Shown here in pieces: positions 10,713-21,545 of a DNA stretch of 64,000 nt (position 1 is its first letter; every line of letters starts with the position of its first letter). The translations under genes were made by a program, and so were the position numbers. The stretch lies in assembly GCA_963730185.1 (NCBI GenBank), contig CAVSQW010000006.1, positions 480,001 through 544,000 on the forward strand. Direction: 5' to 3'. Source of the stretch: an uncultured Gemmatimonadales bacterium (GTDB taxonomy: Bacteria > Gemmatimonadota > Gemmatimonadetes > Gemmatimonadales > GWC2-71-9). The notes below the pieces were generated by a model. It searched no databases and was not told the origin of the DNA. It was given only the letters and a program-made list of their open reading frames with translations.

Positions 10713-11072
10713 TCAGGCCGGCGAGTGACGTCGCCGGCGGCGGACGACCGCCCGGCTCCGCCGGCTGCGCCCGAGCTGCCGGACCGCCTCTCGGGACTGC
10801 GCCGCCAGCCGCGTCAACTCGTCTCGATCCAATCCGGCAAGCGGTAACTCGACCCAGCCCAACGGGCTCGGCACCGGCTCGTCCACGAGCGGACGGCCCC
10901 GGGCGCGGGCCATGAGCTCCTGGCGCCGGGGCTCCGGCAGCCGCAGCAGCAGCGACCGCTCGCCCACCAGGGCGAACATGCGGCCCGCCGTGAAATAGCC
11001 TTCGCGGTTCGTAAGGCGGCGAACGGAGACACCCGGGAGGGCACTCAGAAGGGTACGGATGGCGTCGGACAT
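10713..11072 (-). CDS. TfoX N-terminal/YjbR-like small protein
   Basis: GYFTAGRMFALV...LLLRLP...GWVEL...L..LAAQS pattern typical of TfoX_N/MmcQ-YjbR folds. Confidence 0.55.
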   Translation of the reverse strand: MSDAIRTLLSALPGVSVRRLTNREGYFTAGRMFALVGERSLLLRLPEPRRQELMARARGRPLVDEPVPSPLGWVELPLAGLDRDELTRLAAQSREAVRQLGRSRRSRAVVRRRRRHSPA

Positions 11073-11126
11073 CGGGGCAGCGATTGTATCGCCCGGAGCG
11101 GGCCCGCGCCACCCCGATCCGAAGGT

Positions 11127-12344
11127 CTACCGAAACAAGGACCCGAGGTCCTCACCGGCGGTGGCAGCGATCCTGGCCACCGTCTCGCCGATCTTGTTGT
11201 TGGGCGTCGAGGCGCCGGCGGTGATTCCGATCCGAAGACCATCGCCGAGCCAACCGGCGGTCTCGATTTCGGCCTTGGCCCCCACCGGCTGGTGCCGGAT
11301 CGTCCCGGCGGCCGGGTCGATGCACTCCGAGTCCTCGATGTGATAGGTCGGCACGCCGCGCCGCTCGCAGAGCTTGGCCAAGTGGCAGGTGTTGCTCGAG
11401 TTGTAGCCGCCGACCACCACCATCCGGTCGACCCCGTCCTCGAGGAGTTGGACCACGGCGTCCTGACGCTCCTGGGTCGCCGAGCAGATGGTGTCGAAGG
11501 TGCGCACCCGGCGGGCGCCCTCCTCCGGGCCGTACCGCCGAATCACTGCCTGGCGGAGCTCCTCCGCGATCGCCAGCGACTCGCTGGAGAGCATCGTGGT
11601 CTGGTTGGCGAGGCCGATCCGCTCGAGATCCTTCGCGAAGTCGAACCCGGGCGAGATGACGTCCTGGAACCGCTCCGTCATCGCCGCCGGGTCGCCGCCG
11701 CGCTCGATGTAGTCGCACACCTCGTGGGCCTCGGCCATGTCGAGCACCACCAAATACCGTCCGCCGGGATGCCGGGTCACCTGGCTGGCCGTCGCCTTGG
11801 TCTCCTCGTGCCAGTGCTTGCCATGGATCACGGCCGTGAAACCGTCGCGGGCATAGCCCTCGACCCGCTTCCAGACGTTGAGGACCGACCCGCAGGTGGT
11901 GTCGACCAGCACGCACCCGATGGCCCGCAGGCGGTCGAAGTCGTGCCGGGTTACTCCGAAAGCCGGGAGGATCACCACGTCGTCGGCCGACAACCGGGAA
12001 AAGTCGAACTCTCCCGAGTCGCCCCGATGGAGGAAGCACACCCCCATCGATTGGAGCTTGCTGTTGACGTGGGGATTGTGAATGATCTCCCCGACCAGGA
12101 ACAGCCGGCGATCCGGGAACTTGGTCCGCGTCTCGTACGCGTATTCGACCGCCCGGTCCACCCCGTAGCAGAAGCCGAACTCGCGAGCCAGACGGAAGGT
12201 GAGTCGGCCGACCGGTAGGGCGTAGCCGGTAGCCTTGAAGGCCTCGATCACGGCGCTGTGATAGTCGGCCGTGAGAATGCCTTCGATTTCCGTCTTGAGC
12301 CCGAAGCCCTTTCGGAAATAGGTCTGATCGCTCGGGTTGGTCAT
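11127..12344 (-). CDS. ispH: 4-hydroxy-3-methylbut-2-enyl diphosphate reductase
   Basis: FGFCYGVDRA, EIIHNPHV, VDTTC, DTICSATQERQ, SSNT and GITAGASTP motifs; start MTNPSDQ overlaps the upstream stop (ATGA). Confidence 0.96.
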   Translation of the reverse strand: MTNPSDQTYFRKGFGLKTEIEGILTADYHSAVIEAFKATGYALPVGRLTFRLAREFGFCYGVDRAVEYAYETRTKFPDRRLFLVGEIIHNPHVNSKLQSMGVCFLHRGDSGEFDFSRLSADDVVILPAFGVTRHDFDRLRAIGCVLVDTTCGSVLNVWKRVEGYARDGFTAVIHGKHWHEETKATASQVTRHPGGRYLVVLDMAEAHEVCDYIERGGDPAAMTERFQDVISPGFDFAKDLERIGLANQTTMLSSESLAIAEELRQAVIRRYGPEEGARRVRTFDTICSATQERQDAVVQLLEDGVDRMVVVGGYNSSNTCHLAKLCERRGVPTYHIEDSECIDPAAGTIRHQPVGAKAEIETAGWLGDGLRIGITAGASTPNNKIGETVARIAATAGEDLGSLFR

Positions 12345-12868
12345 CCCGTCTTCCGTTTCGAAACCCGGCCGCAGGCACCCTCCGCGGGACGGACCGGAAT
12401 CGCGGTGAAGGTGCCGGACAGGTGGATCGTGTCGACTTGGTTTGCCGCCCGGAGGCGCAGGTCCAAGGTGCCCGTGGCGCCGCTGTCGGTCCCGGTGACG
12501 CTGACGACCCCACCGCTCCCCGTGAACCCCATGATGTCGGTGTCGTCGAACCAGCGGACAGCCGCTGCCGCCAGGGGGCGCCAAGCGACGTTCACCTCCG
12601 GCGCGAGCACCGGATGCGGCCCCGGCGACACGGTATCCCGGTCAAAGAGGACGAAGCTCACACCGGTGTCGCCCCGGATGGCTTCGACCTGGAGCATCGT
12701 GTCGACCGCACACCAGCTGGCCGTGGCGGGCCCCGTGAACCGGCCGGCATACTTGCCAGTCCAGGCCACCGACAGCATCCCGGGGCCATTCTCGACCGCC
12801 GTCGGTTGCGAACGACAGGCCCAGGGCGCCAGCGCCAGGGCCAGGGCCAGAATCAGGGCGACCCGCAT
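12341..12868 (-). CDS. Hypothetical lipoprotein
   Basis: Hydrophobic signal ending PWAC; translationally coupled to ispH. Confidence 0.7.
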   Translation of the reverse strand: MRVALILALALALAPWACRSQPTAVENGPGMLSVAWTGKYAGRFTGPATASWCAVDTMLQVEAIRGDTGVSFVLFDRDTVSPGPHPVLAPEVNVAWRPLAAAAVRWFDDTDIMGFTGSGGVVSVTGTDSGATGTLDLRLRAANQVDTIHLSGTFTAIPVRPAEGACGRVSKRKTG

Positions 12869-12952
12869 GACCGGGAAGCTAGGAGGAAGCCGCCGGGGAG
12901 GACAGCCCGGCGTCGGCAGATGCGATCAGGGATGAGAGGTCGAGCGGTCGGG

Positions 12953-13402
12953 CTACGAGGCCTGCGCCCACTTGCTGCGACCGTCCCGGTGGAGGCCGTA
13001 CGCTCGGAGACGGCGCCACAGCGTCGTCCGGCTGATCCCGAGGCTCTTGGCCGTCTCGGCGAGCCGCCAGCCGTGCGTGTCGAGGGACCGGACGATGGCT
13101 TCCTTCTCTCGCTCGGCCAGGGTCCGGGGACCCACGCTGCCGGGGAGGAACATCGCTTCACCCAGATCGATGGCGCCGACCTTCAGCGGCTTGAGACGGC
13201 CGCCGAGCTCCGCGAGCTGGGGCATCAACTCCCGGGCGGTCACCGAAAGATCCAACTCCAGATCCCGCGCCTGCGAGTTGGCATACAGCACCTTGCCCTG
13301 GCTGTCGAACACCACCACGCCCTCGCTGAAGGAATCGAGCAAAGCCTTCGCGAGCGGTGAGAACACCGAGGGGAGTGGGGTCGGGCTGTTGTTGGCCGTC
13401 AT
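12953..13402 (-). CDS. PAS-like domain plus Fis-type HTH regulator (no AAA+ domain)
   Basis: LLDSFSEGVVVFDSQGKVLYANSQA (PAS start) and TLAEREKEAIVRSL...AETAKSLGISRTTLWRRL (HTH_8); 149 aa from ATG 13402 with GAGG RBS. Confidence 0.85.
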   Translation of the reverse strand: MTANNSPTPLPSVFSPLAKALLDSFSEGVVVFDSQGKVLYANSQARDLELDLSVTARELMPQLAELGGRLKPLKVGAIDLGEAMFLPGSVGPRTLAEREKEAIVRSLDTHGWRLAETAKSLGISRTTLWRRLRAYGLHRDGRSKWAQAS

Positions 13403-13424
13403 ATGCCTCGTTTTACGGAGAAAC

Positions 13425-13461
13425 GTTCCAATAGGTTTCACGATTGAAACGCTGGCGTCAA
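13425..13461 (-). promoter_or_regulatory. Putative promoter of the PAS-Fis gene with palindromic operator GTTTCA-N4-TGAAAC
   Basis: Minus-strand TTGACG (13456-13461); perfect palindrome 13435-13450 in the spacer and -10 region; extra half-sites GTTCCA at 13425 and GTTTCA at 13484. Confidence 0.55.
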
Positions 13462-13642
13462 GGGTCGAGCGGGGCGCCATCGTGTTTCAGCTCTTGGTTT
13501 CGGCACCCATTCCAGCTCCCCTCCGATGACTGGCTCGGCTGGCTGGCGGCCGCCGGGAGGCCGGAGGCATGGTCCTGGACCATAGTGATGATGTGGTCTA
13601 GCAGGAGCATAGCATATCGTTTATCATCAATTACATAGCCAC

Positions 13643-13658
13643 CTGACCGGACGTTCAG
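13643..13658. promoter_or_regulatory. Putative TetR autoregulatory operator
   Basis: Imperfect palindrome CTGACCGGACGTTCAG just upstream of the RBS (AGGAGG) of the TetR gene. Confidence 0.5.
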
Positions 13659-13675
13659 TCAACCAGGAGGGGACG

Positions 13676-14194
13676 GTGAAAGGACCGATCTTGGAAGCCT
13701 CGGTTTCAGTCCTGCTCTCCAGAGGATTGAACGGATGGTCAGTGGACCGCGTCTCACAGCAGGCCGGGTGCGCCAAAGGGCTGGTCAACTACCATTTCGG
13801 CTCCAAAGCCTCGCTCCTCGCCTCGAGCGCCGAGTCGATCGCGCAGCGGCGAGAGCGGCGGCGAGCGGAGGCGCTATCTGGTGCCCACGGCGCCGATGCG
13901 GTCGACGCTCTCTGGTCCACCGTCGTCGACGACGCTCGATCCGGCAGCTTCGCCGCCTGGATCGAGCTGGCCGCCCTCCAAGGATCGGCCCGCACCGGGT
14001 GGGACGCGGTCGCCCCGGCCGACCGCTTGAGGGGCGAGTTGGCGAGGGCGCTCGAGGTGGGCCTCGACGACCTTCCCGACGGCCTCACCCTCACCGCCCT
14101 CCTCGACGGAATGTCCCTCGCCCTGCTCGAGGGGGCACCTGAGTCCGCGGTCCAGACCGCGTACCAGATGGCCTGGCCTGGACTACTCGGCTGA
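13676..14194 (+). CDS. TetR/AcrR family transcriptional regulator
   Basis: ILEASVSVLLSRGLNGWSVDRVSQQAGCAKGLVNYHFGSKASL helix-turn-helix. Confidence 0.9.
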   Translation: MKGPILEASVSVLLSRGLNGWSVDRVSQQAGCAKGLVNYHFGSKASLLASSAESIAQRRERRRAEALSGAHGADAVDALWSTVVDDARSGSFAAWIELAALQGSARTGWDAVAPADRLRGELARALEVGLDDLPDGLTLTALLDGMSLALLEGAPESAVQTAYQMAWPGLLG

Positions 14195-14218
14195 GGCGCC
14201 GGCCGTGGAGCTCCGGTC

Positions 14219-17200
14219 TCAGTGAATTCCCGCCATCGTTTTGGGCGGCCCTTCGGCCCACCACTGATGGGGAAGCGGCCGTTGACGGGGCCAGATCTCG
14301 TTCAAGGTGGCCCCCTCGTACATCCGGCCGTTCTTCATCACGTACTCGATCGAATCGCTGTTCCGGATGTTCGTGAGCGGGTCCTTGTCCAGCACCAGGA
14401 GGTCGGCCAGCTTGCCGACTTCCAGCGACCCAAGATCGGTCCCCATCCCGATCGCCTCGGCGCCATAGATCGTGGCGATCCGGAGCGCGTCGTGATTGGA
14501 GAGCCCGCCCGAGGCCAGTGACCAGAGCTCCCAGTGATCGCCGAGTCCCTGGAGCTGGCCGTGGGCACCCAGCCCGATCCGGCCGCCGGCATCGATGAGC
14601 TTCTGACCCATTCCGCGTGCTTCGGGAAGACGTAGTCGTCCTCCACGAACCACCCGCCCTGGCGATAGCCCCCGCGGATCCCGGGAGGCGGCTCGCTCCC
14701 CCGCCGGCGGGCGCGGGAGTCGATCTGCCCCTTGGGCATGAAGTGGGCGAGCTTGGAATCACCCACCACGTCTTCGTGGGTGTAGTACCAGTTCTCGCCG
14801 AACGGCCCGCCGTAGGACACCAGCAGGGTGGGCGTATTGGTGGTTTGACTGGTCTTGAAGAGCTCAGCGACGTCGTTGAAGATCGGGGCGACCGGCATCG
14901 CGTGCTCCACTCCGGGATACCCGTCCATCGCGTGGGTCAGGTCGAGCTTGAAGTCGATCCCGCCCTCGGTGGTGGGCATGAGCCCGAGCTCCTTGGCCGC
15001 CATGATGACCCACTGGCGCTGCTGGCGGTTGCCCGTCATGTACATCTTGAGGGTCTTCGTATCCCAGAACTCCGAGTAGCGCTTGAGGAACGTCTTGGCC
15101 TGCTCGGCGCTGCCGATGTGATCGCCGGAAAAGACGCCCGGTCCGGTCGAGTAGATCCGGGGCCCGAGCATGCCGCCGCTGGCCACCCGGTCCTCGTAGC
15201 TCAGGACGTCGGTGCTGCCGGTCTGCGGATCACGGGTGGTCGTGACGCCGTAGGCCAGCATGGTGAGGTATTGCCACGTCTGGGTCGAGTGGATCTCGGG
15301 AATCAGCGACTGCGGGTGGTAGTGGATGTCCACGATGCCCGGCATGATGGTCTTGCCGGAGACGTCGATCACCTTGGCGCCCGAGGGAATCGAGACCTGG
15401 CCGCGAGCGCCGATCCCGACAATCCGGTTGTCCTTGATCACGATATCGGCGTCGTCGATGATCTCGTGCCCCTTCATCGTGATCGCGCGACCTCCTCGGA
15501 GGACGACCGTGCCCCGGGGCGTGTCGCGAGGCACCTCGACCGTGACCTTGAGCTCGCTCGGGCGGTAGCCGGGCTCATCGTCCTTCTTGCCCTTGGCCGT
15601 GTCGGGCTTGGCGGCCCGGCCGGCAGCGGCCTTGGCCACTGAATCGGCGCGGAGCCGCGACTCGAGGTCGAACACCTTCAGCTTGATCGAGTCGGGCACG
15701 GTCGCGCCCGCCTTGGTCAGGCTGTCGGCGTGGGCCTTGAGCGTCTTGATGCTGTCGGTCACCGCCTTGGAGACCCGAGCGCTGTCGGCCTTGGCCCGCG
15801 CCGCGGCCTTGAGACTGTCGTCGACGACCTTGGCGCGGGTCAGGTCGTAGGTGAAGAGCACGTTGCCGAGCGCGAAGTAGGCCGTCGCGCCGGTCGCTCC
15901 CCAGGACGGGAATTCGCCGCCCACGTCGGTGAGCTTTCGAACCGGAACCGCGCCGGCGGCCACGTTGACGGTCGGCACCGGGCCGCCGGTCTCGGGGACC
16001 GTGACCGCGTAGACGTCGCGGCTGATCTGAGCGATGACCTGATCGCCTTCCGGGGCCATCATGATCAGCGCGGCCGGCACGCCCATGGGGCCGCCTTCCA
16101 GCGCGTCGGACCGATCCAGCACGGTGCGGACCATGTCGCGCGACACGGTCGCCACCCGGCGGGGCAGGACCGCGGGCTCGAAGTCGGCGTCGAGATCGGC
16201 GATCCCGCCGCCCGAGGGCGGCGCCACCACCTTGATGATCTGCTTCTCGTCGGTGCCGTCCCAGCGAAACGAGACGAGGCCGTCGCGGAAGCTCGAGGCG
16301 TAGATCCGGTCGGGCTGGCTCTTGACGAAGTGGGGGACGTCGCGGCCCGCGGTCGGCGCGATCTCGGTCGCGTCGCCGCCGGTGGACGGCACCCAGATGA
16401 AGTCGCCGCCGATCGGGGCGCCGCCGTTGCCGGACGCGTTCACCAGGACCCGGGAGGCCTGTCGAATGGCCACGATCCGGGAGCCGTCGGGCGACCAGGC
16501 CGGATTGGAATAGAGCGCGCCGACGCGGGTCAGCTGAACCGCCTGCGGGTTCCGCCCCTCGAACGTCACCTTCATGATCTGACCGCCGGCCGTCTCGTCC
16601 CAGGTGATCCAGGCGAGCGACTTGCCGTCGAACGACCAGCTGGCCTCGTACTCCCCGACGTCGGCCGAGGTGACCCGGCGGGGCGTGCCGTCGGGCAGGT
16701 CCATCACGTAGAGCCGGTCGACGGCGGTGAACGCCAGGTGCTTCCCGTCGGGCGACACCGCCGGGTTCCGGATCTGGTGGGCGGTGATCGTCGCCGAGGT
16801 GTCTACCCGGTAGGTGAACTTGACCTCGGGCCCGATCGCGGCATGGACGTCGGCGGAGAATGGAATCCGCACCGGCGCGCTCCGGTCGAGCGGCACCCGC
16901 CAGATCCCGCCGCCGTACGAGATCACGATCGCCTTGGAGTCGGGAAGGAAGGCGTAGCCCGGCAGGACGTCGAGGGTGGCGCGGCCCTCCTGGTCGTCGC
17001 GCTGCACCGGGAAGGCGAGCCAGCTCTCCTCGCCGGTCTCCAGGTTCCGGAGGCGGAGCCCGGTCTTGGATTCGTGCCGGGTGCCGTAGACCAGCCACCG
17101 GCCGTCGGGCGAGACGGCCGGCCGGAAGGCCGAGCCGTACCGGCCGGTCATCTGGGTGGAGACGCCGGTCTCGCGGTCATACCGGGCCAGCTCGTACTGG

Positions 17201-17878
17201 GGATAGATCGCGTTGTAGTTCCAGTCGCCTTCGCGCCCTGCGTACCAGATGTATCGGCCGTCCGGGGTGAAGGCGGCGCCCAGCGTCTTGAGGTTGGCCG
17301 GCTCGCGGATCAGGGGCAGGCCGCTTCCGCCGTCGACGTGGTACATCTGGAGCTTGGCGGTCCCGAAGAGGCTGGTGGCCCGGCTGACCACGATGTACTT
17401 CCCGTCCGGACTCCAGACCGGCGAGACGTATTCGTTGTCGTTGCCGCGGGTCAGCTGGGTGGTGTCGCCGGTGGCGACGTCGAGCAGCCAGACGTTGTCG
17501 CCGCCGCTCCGGTCGGACACGAAGACGATCCGACTTCCCGTCGGGGCTGAACCTCGGCTGGGCGTCGTACGGGAGGCCGCTGGGTGATCGCGGTCGCGCG
17601 GCCGCCGGTGATCGGCATGGTGTAGAGATCGCCGAGCAGGTCGAAGACGATCGTCTTGCCGTCGGGACTCACGTCGAGGGAGATCCAGGTTCCCTCGGTG
17701 GCCGTGAAGTACGCGGTGCGTTGCATGGGCGAGGGGCAGCGGCTTCTGATCGCCGTTCGGGGCGCCGGGGCCGTCGGGTCGCTGCGCCGAAGGTCGGAGC
17801 GCCGGGCAGCAGGGCGAGCAGGCCGAGCGTCGCCGCCGACCGCCGGATCGCGGACTTGAGCATGATGGAGTCTCTCAT
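14219..17878 (-). CDS. Secreted PD40/TolB-like beta-propeller plus amidohydrolase, paralog A (frameshifts near 14610, 17520-17580, 17710-17770)
   Basis: Signal peptide in ORF 17669..17893; [22 protein letters not shown]40 repeats; [39 protein letters not shown]. Confidence 0.85.
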
Positions 17879-17886
17879 GACGCGCC

Positions 17887-20800
17887 TCACCACTTGAGGC
17901 CGGTGGTGTTGGACGGCGCGGTGTGGCGCCAGGGCTGGTCGTCAGGCGCCGGGCGCTGCCGGGGCCAGAGTCTCGTTCAGGGTATCGCCTTCGTAGAGCC
18001 GGCCGTTCTTCATCACGTACCGGATCGTGTTCGAGTTCCTGATGTTGTCGAGCGGGTTGGCGTCGAGGACGAGCAGGTCGGCCAGCTTGCCGGGCTCGAG
18101 CGAACCCAGGTCGCGCCCAAGACCGATCGCCTGGGCGCCCATGAGGGTCGGCGACCCGGAGCGCCTCGTGGTTGGTCATTCCGCCGCTCTGGACGTTCCA
18201 GAGCTCCCAGTGGTAGCCTAGGCCCTGGAGCTGGCCATGGCTGCCGATCCCGGCGCCGCCCGCCGTTCTCGACCAGGTTCTTGGAGAACTCGGCGTGCTT
18301 GTAGAAGGAGTACTCCGAGGTGCGGGCCCAGCCGCTCGGTCCGGGTGAGACGCTGATTCCGGCGCCGGGCTTTCTGGTCGATCTCCTCGCTCGGGCGTGA
18401 AGTGCCGGAGCTTGGCGTCGCCGACCACGTTCTCGGTGTCGTAGCGGTAGTTCTCGGCCCAGGGACCGCCGTACTGCACGATCAGGGTCGGGGTGTTGGT
18501 GGTCTGCGAGGTCTTGAACAGCTGAATCACGTCGTCGTACATCGGGTAGATCGGGATCGTGTGTTCGATCGCCCGGATACCCGTCCATCGCGTGGGTCAT
18601 GTTGAGCGCGAACTGGAGACCGCCCTCCGTGGTGGGCATGAGGTGGAGCTCCCGGGCCGCCATGATCAGGTACTGCCGCGTCTGCGGCGGTTGCCCGACA
18701 TGTACATCTTGAAGGTTTCGGTGTCGTAGTACTTGCTGTAGCGGTCGCAGGACGTACCGAGCTCGATCGAGGCTCCCGACCCGGTCGCTGCTGAAGACAC
18801 CGGGGCCGGTGGAGTAGATCCGCGGCCCGAGCGCCTGACCGGCCTCGACCCGGTCCTGGTAGGTCAGGACGTCGGTCGTGGAGGTCTGCGGATCGCGGGT
18901 CGTGGTGACGCCATAGGCCAGGTTGGCCAGGTAGATCCAGGGCTGTTTCCAGTGGATCCCCCAGGCCGGCCACATGTGCGAGTGGGTGTCGACGAAGCCG
19001 GGGACGATGGTCTTACCGCTCACGTCGATCACCCGGGCGCCGGCCGGGGCGGTGCCCTGCGCGCCGACGCTCACGATCCGGTTGTTCCGGATCACGATGT
19101 CGGCGTTCTCGATCACCTCGTCGCCCTTCATGGTGATGGCGCGGGCTCCGCGAAGCACGACGGTTCCCTGGGGAATGTCCCGATTGGCGTGGATCAGGAA
19201 GCGGTGCTCGGCCGGGCGGTACTCGCTCTGCCACCGGGTCACCGAGTCGACCCCCGCGCGCCCGGAGGCTGTCGTCGACCCGGAGGCCCCGGGCCAGGTC
19301 GATAGGAGACGAACGCGTTGCCGATCGCCCAGTAGGCGGTCTTGCCGTCGGCGCTCCAGCTCGGGAATTCGCCGCCGATGTCGGAGATCTGGAGTGAGCG
19401 GGTCTCGGCGCTGTCGGTGGTGGTGACGTTGATCACCGGTACCTCGCCGCCGATCAGCGGGGCCCGGTGCGACGTACACGTCGTTGCCGACCTGGGCCAG
19501 CACGAAATCGCCTCGGGGAGCCATCAGCACGGCCCCGGCGGGCCGGGACGGCGGTCTCGGCCGGCTCCTTCGCCCAGTCCCGGGCGGCATCACATGTCGA
19601 CCGAGGCGCTCGTCGCCGGGCGCAGTTCACGCCGAGAGGGGAGCGGACCAGGATCCTCGAGATGCTGCTTGAGATCGGTGCCGTCGAACCGGAAGGACAC
19701 CGGGCCGCCCCGGTGTCGGGCGGGCTGCCGGGCGGCGCCCGCATGAAGCCGTAGGCGTAGATCCGGCTGGTGTCCTGGGTGAAGTGCGGGTTGCCCAGCC
19801 CCTCGGTCGGGCGGATGACGGTGACCGCGCCGCCGGTGGCCGGAATCCAGAAGAACTCGGCCCCCATGCCGTCGCCGATGAAGGGACCGATCTGCTCCTC
19901 GAGATTCCGGGCGGAGGAGCGAACCCCGACGATCCGCTTGCCGTCGGGCGCCCAGGCCGGGTTCTGGTAGAAGGCGGTTTCCTGGGTGAGTTGGGTGGCC
20001 GGGTCCCGCCGGCGAGGTCGGCCCGCCTTCATATTCGCCGTCGGTGCCGTTCCAGGTTACGTACGCGAGCGAGGCGCCGTCGGGCGACCAGGCGGGGTAG
20101 TACTCGCCGGTTTCCGCGCTGGTGACCCGCTTGGGAGCTGCCGTCCGGCAGATCGGCCACGTAGAGCCGGTCCAGCGCGGTAAAGGCCACTCGCTTGCCG
20201 TCGGGCGACGACCAGGGTCACGGATCTGGCTGACCGTGAAGGTCGGGGCGTCCTCGATCGGATACTCGAACTTCACTTCCGGCCCGACTGCGACTTCGGC
20301 GTCGATGGTGAAGGGGATGTTGCCGGCGGCGTGTGCCGTCGATCGGGACCCGCCAGATCTTCGCCTCCGTAGGAGACGACGATCGCCTTCGAGTCGGGCA
20401 GGAACGAGTAACCCGGGAGGACGTCGATGTCGGGCGCGGCCTCCATGATCGTCGCGCTGGACCGGGTAGGCGAGCCACCGCTCCATCCCGGTCGCGAGCT
20501 CGCGGAGCTCGAAGGCCGGTCTGGGCAGTCTCGCGGGAGCCGTAGACCAGCCACTTGCCGTCGGGCGAGACCGCCGGCCGGAAGCCGGAGCCGTAGCTGC
20601 TGGTGAGGGTGGTCGTCTGGTGCCGGTCTCCCGATCGTAGACGCTCAGCTGGAACTGCGGCATCTCGGCGTTGTACTGCCAGAGGCCAAGCCGCATGCCG
20701 TAGTAGATGTAGCGACCGTCGGGCCCGAAGGCCGGGCCGAAGTAGGCCTGCGGGCCCGGCGCCCGGGTCAGCTGCAAGCCGGTGCCGCCCGCGATGTCGT

Positions 20801-21320
20801 AGAGCCAGAGCTTGGGCGTCCCGAATCCGGCCGACCGGCCGACCACGACGTATTTGCCGTCGGGTGTCCACTTCGGAGAGATGAACTGCGAGTAGTTGCC
20901 GGGGGGCGAGATCTGACGGATGTCGTCGCCGTCGGGCCCCATGGTGTAGAGGTTCTCGCCTCCGCTTCGGTCCGACACGAACACCACCCGCTTGCCATCG
21001 GGGCTCCAGCGGGGCTGGGCGTCATAGGCCAGGCCGGACGTGAGCTTGGTCGCCTTGCCGCCGGCGATCGGGAGCCGGTAGAGATCGCCCAGCATGTCGA
21101 AGACGATCGTCTGCCCGTCGGGGCTCACGTCGAGCGAGGTCCAGGTGGCCCGCGAGGTGGTGAACCGCGCGGTGCGGCCCTGGGTGAGCGGGAGGCCCGG
21201 CTTGGTGGTGTCGGCTGGAGTGGCCGATCGAGCGGGAGCGCCCGCGAGTGGGGTAATGGCGAGAAGACCGCCCATCCCGAGGATCAGGGAGGAGCCGCCT
21301 AAGAGACGTCTCAGCAGCAT
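17887..21320 (-). CDS. Secreted PD40/TolB-like beta-propeller plus amidohydrolase, paralog B (many frameshifts)
   Basis: Pieces spread over ORFs 19590..21320, 20218..20871, 20273..20554, 19454..20032, 19239..19436, 18013..19593, 17451..18542 and 17942..18142; [34 protein letters not shown]. Confidence 0.78.
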
Positions 21321-21545
21321 GTCAAACTCCGCTTGCGCGATTCGATGCGAGAGGGGACGACCATCCCGTCAGATGTCCTGTCAGCTGAATGCGTTGCGTG
21401 GGAACATCAAGTTTACATCTGACCGGGGGTACCGGCCAGTTGAGGCGCTAGGCCGTCACGTGCTCGGCCTACGCGCCAGCGCCGGGCTGAGTTTCGCGAT
21501 CCGGCGCCGGCGGCGGGTGGACGGCCGAAGGGCCGGCCGAGCGGC

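Noticed and set aside
13459..13611. Possible 50-aa minus-strand ORF (MLLLDHIITMVQDH...) upstream of the PAS-Fis gene
   Set aside because: No clear RBS, atypical codon usage, and it overlaps the predicted promoter and operator elements.
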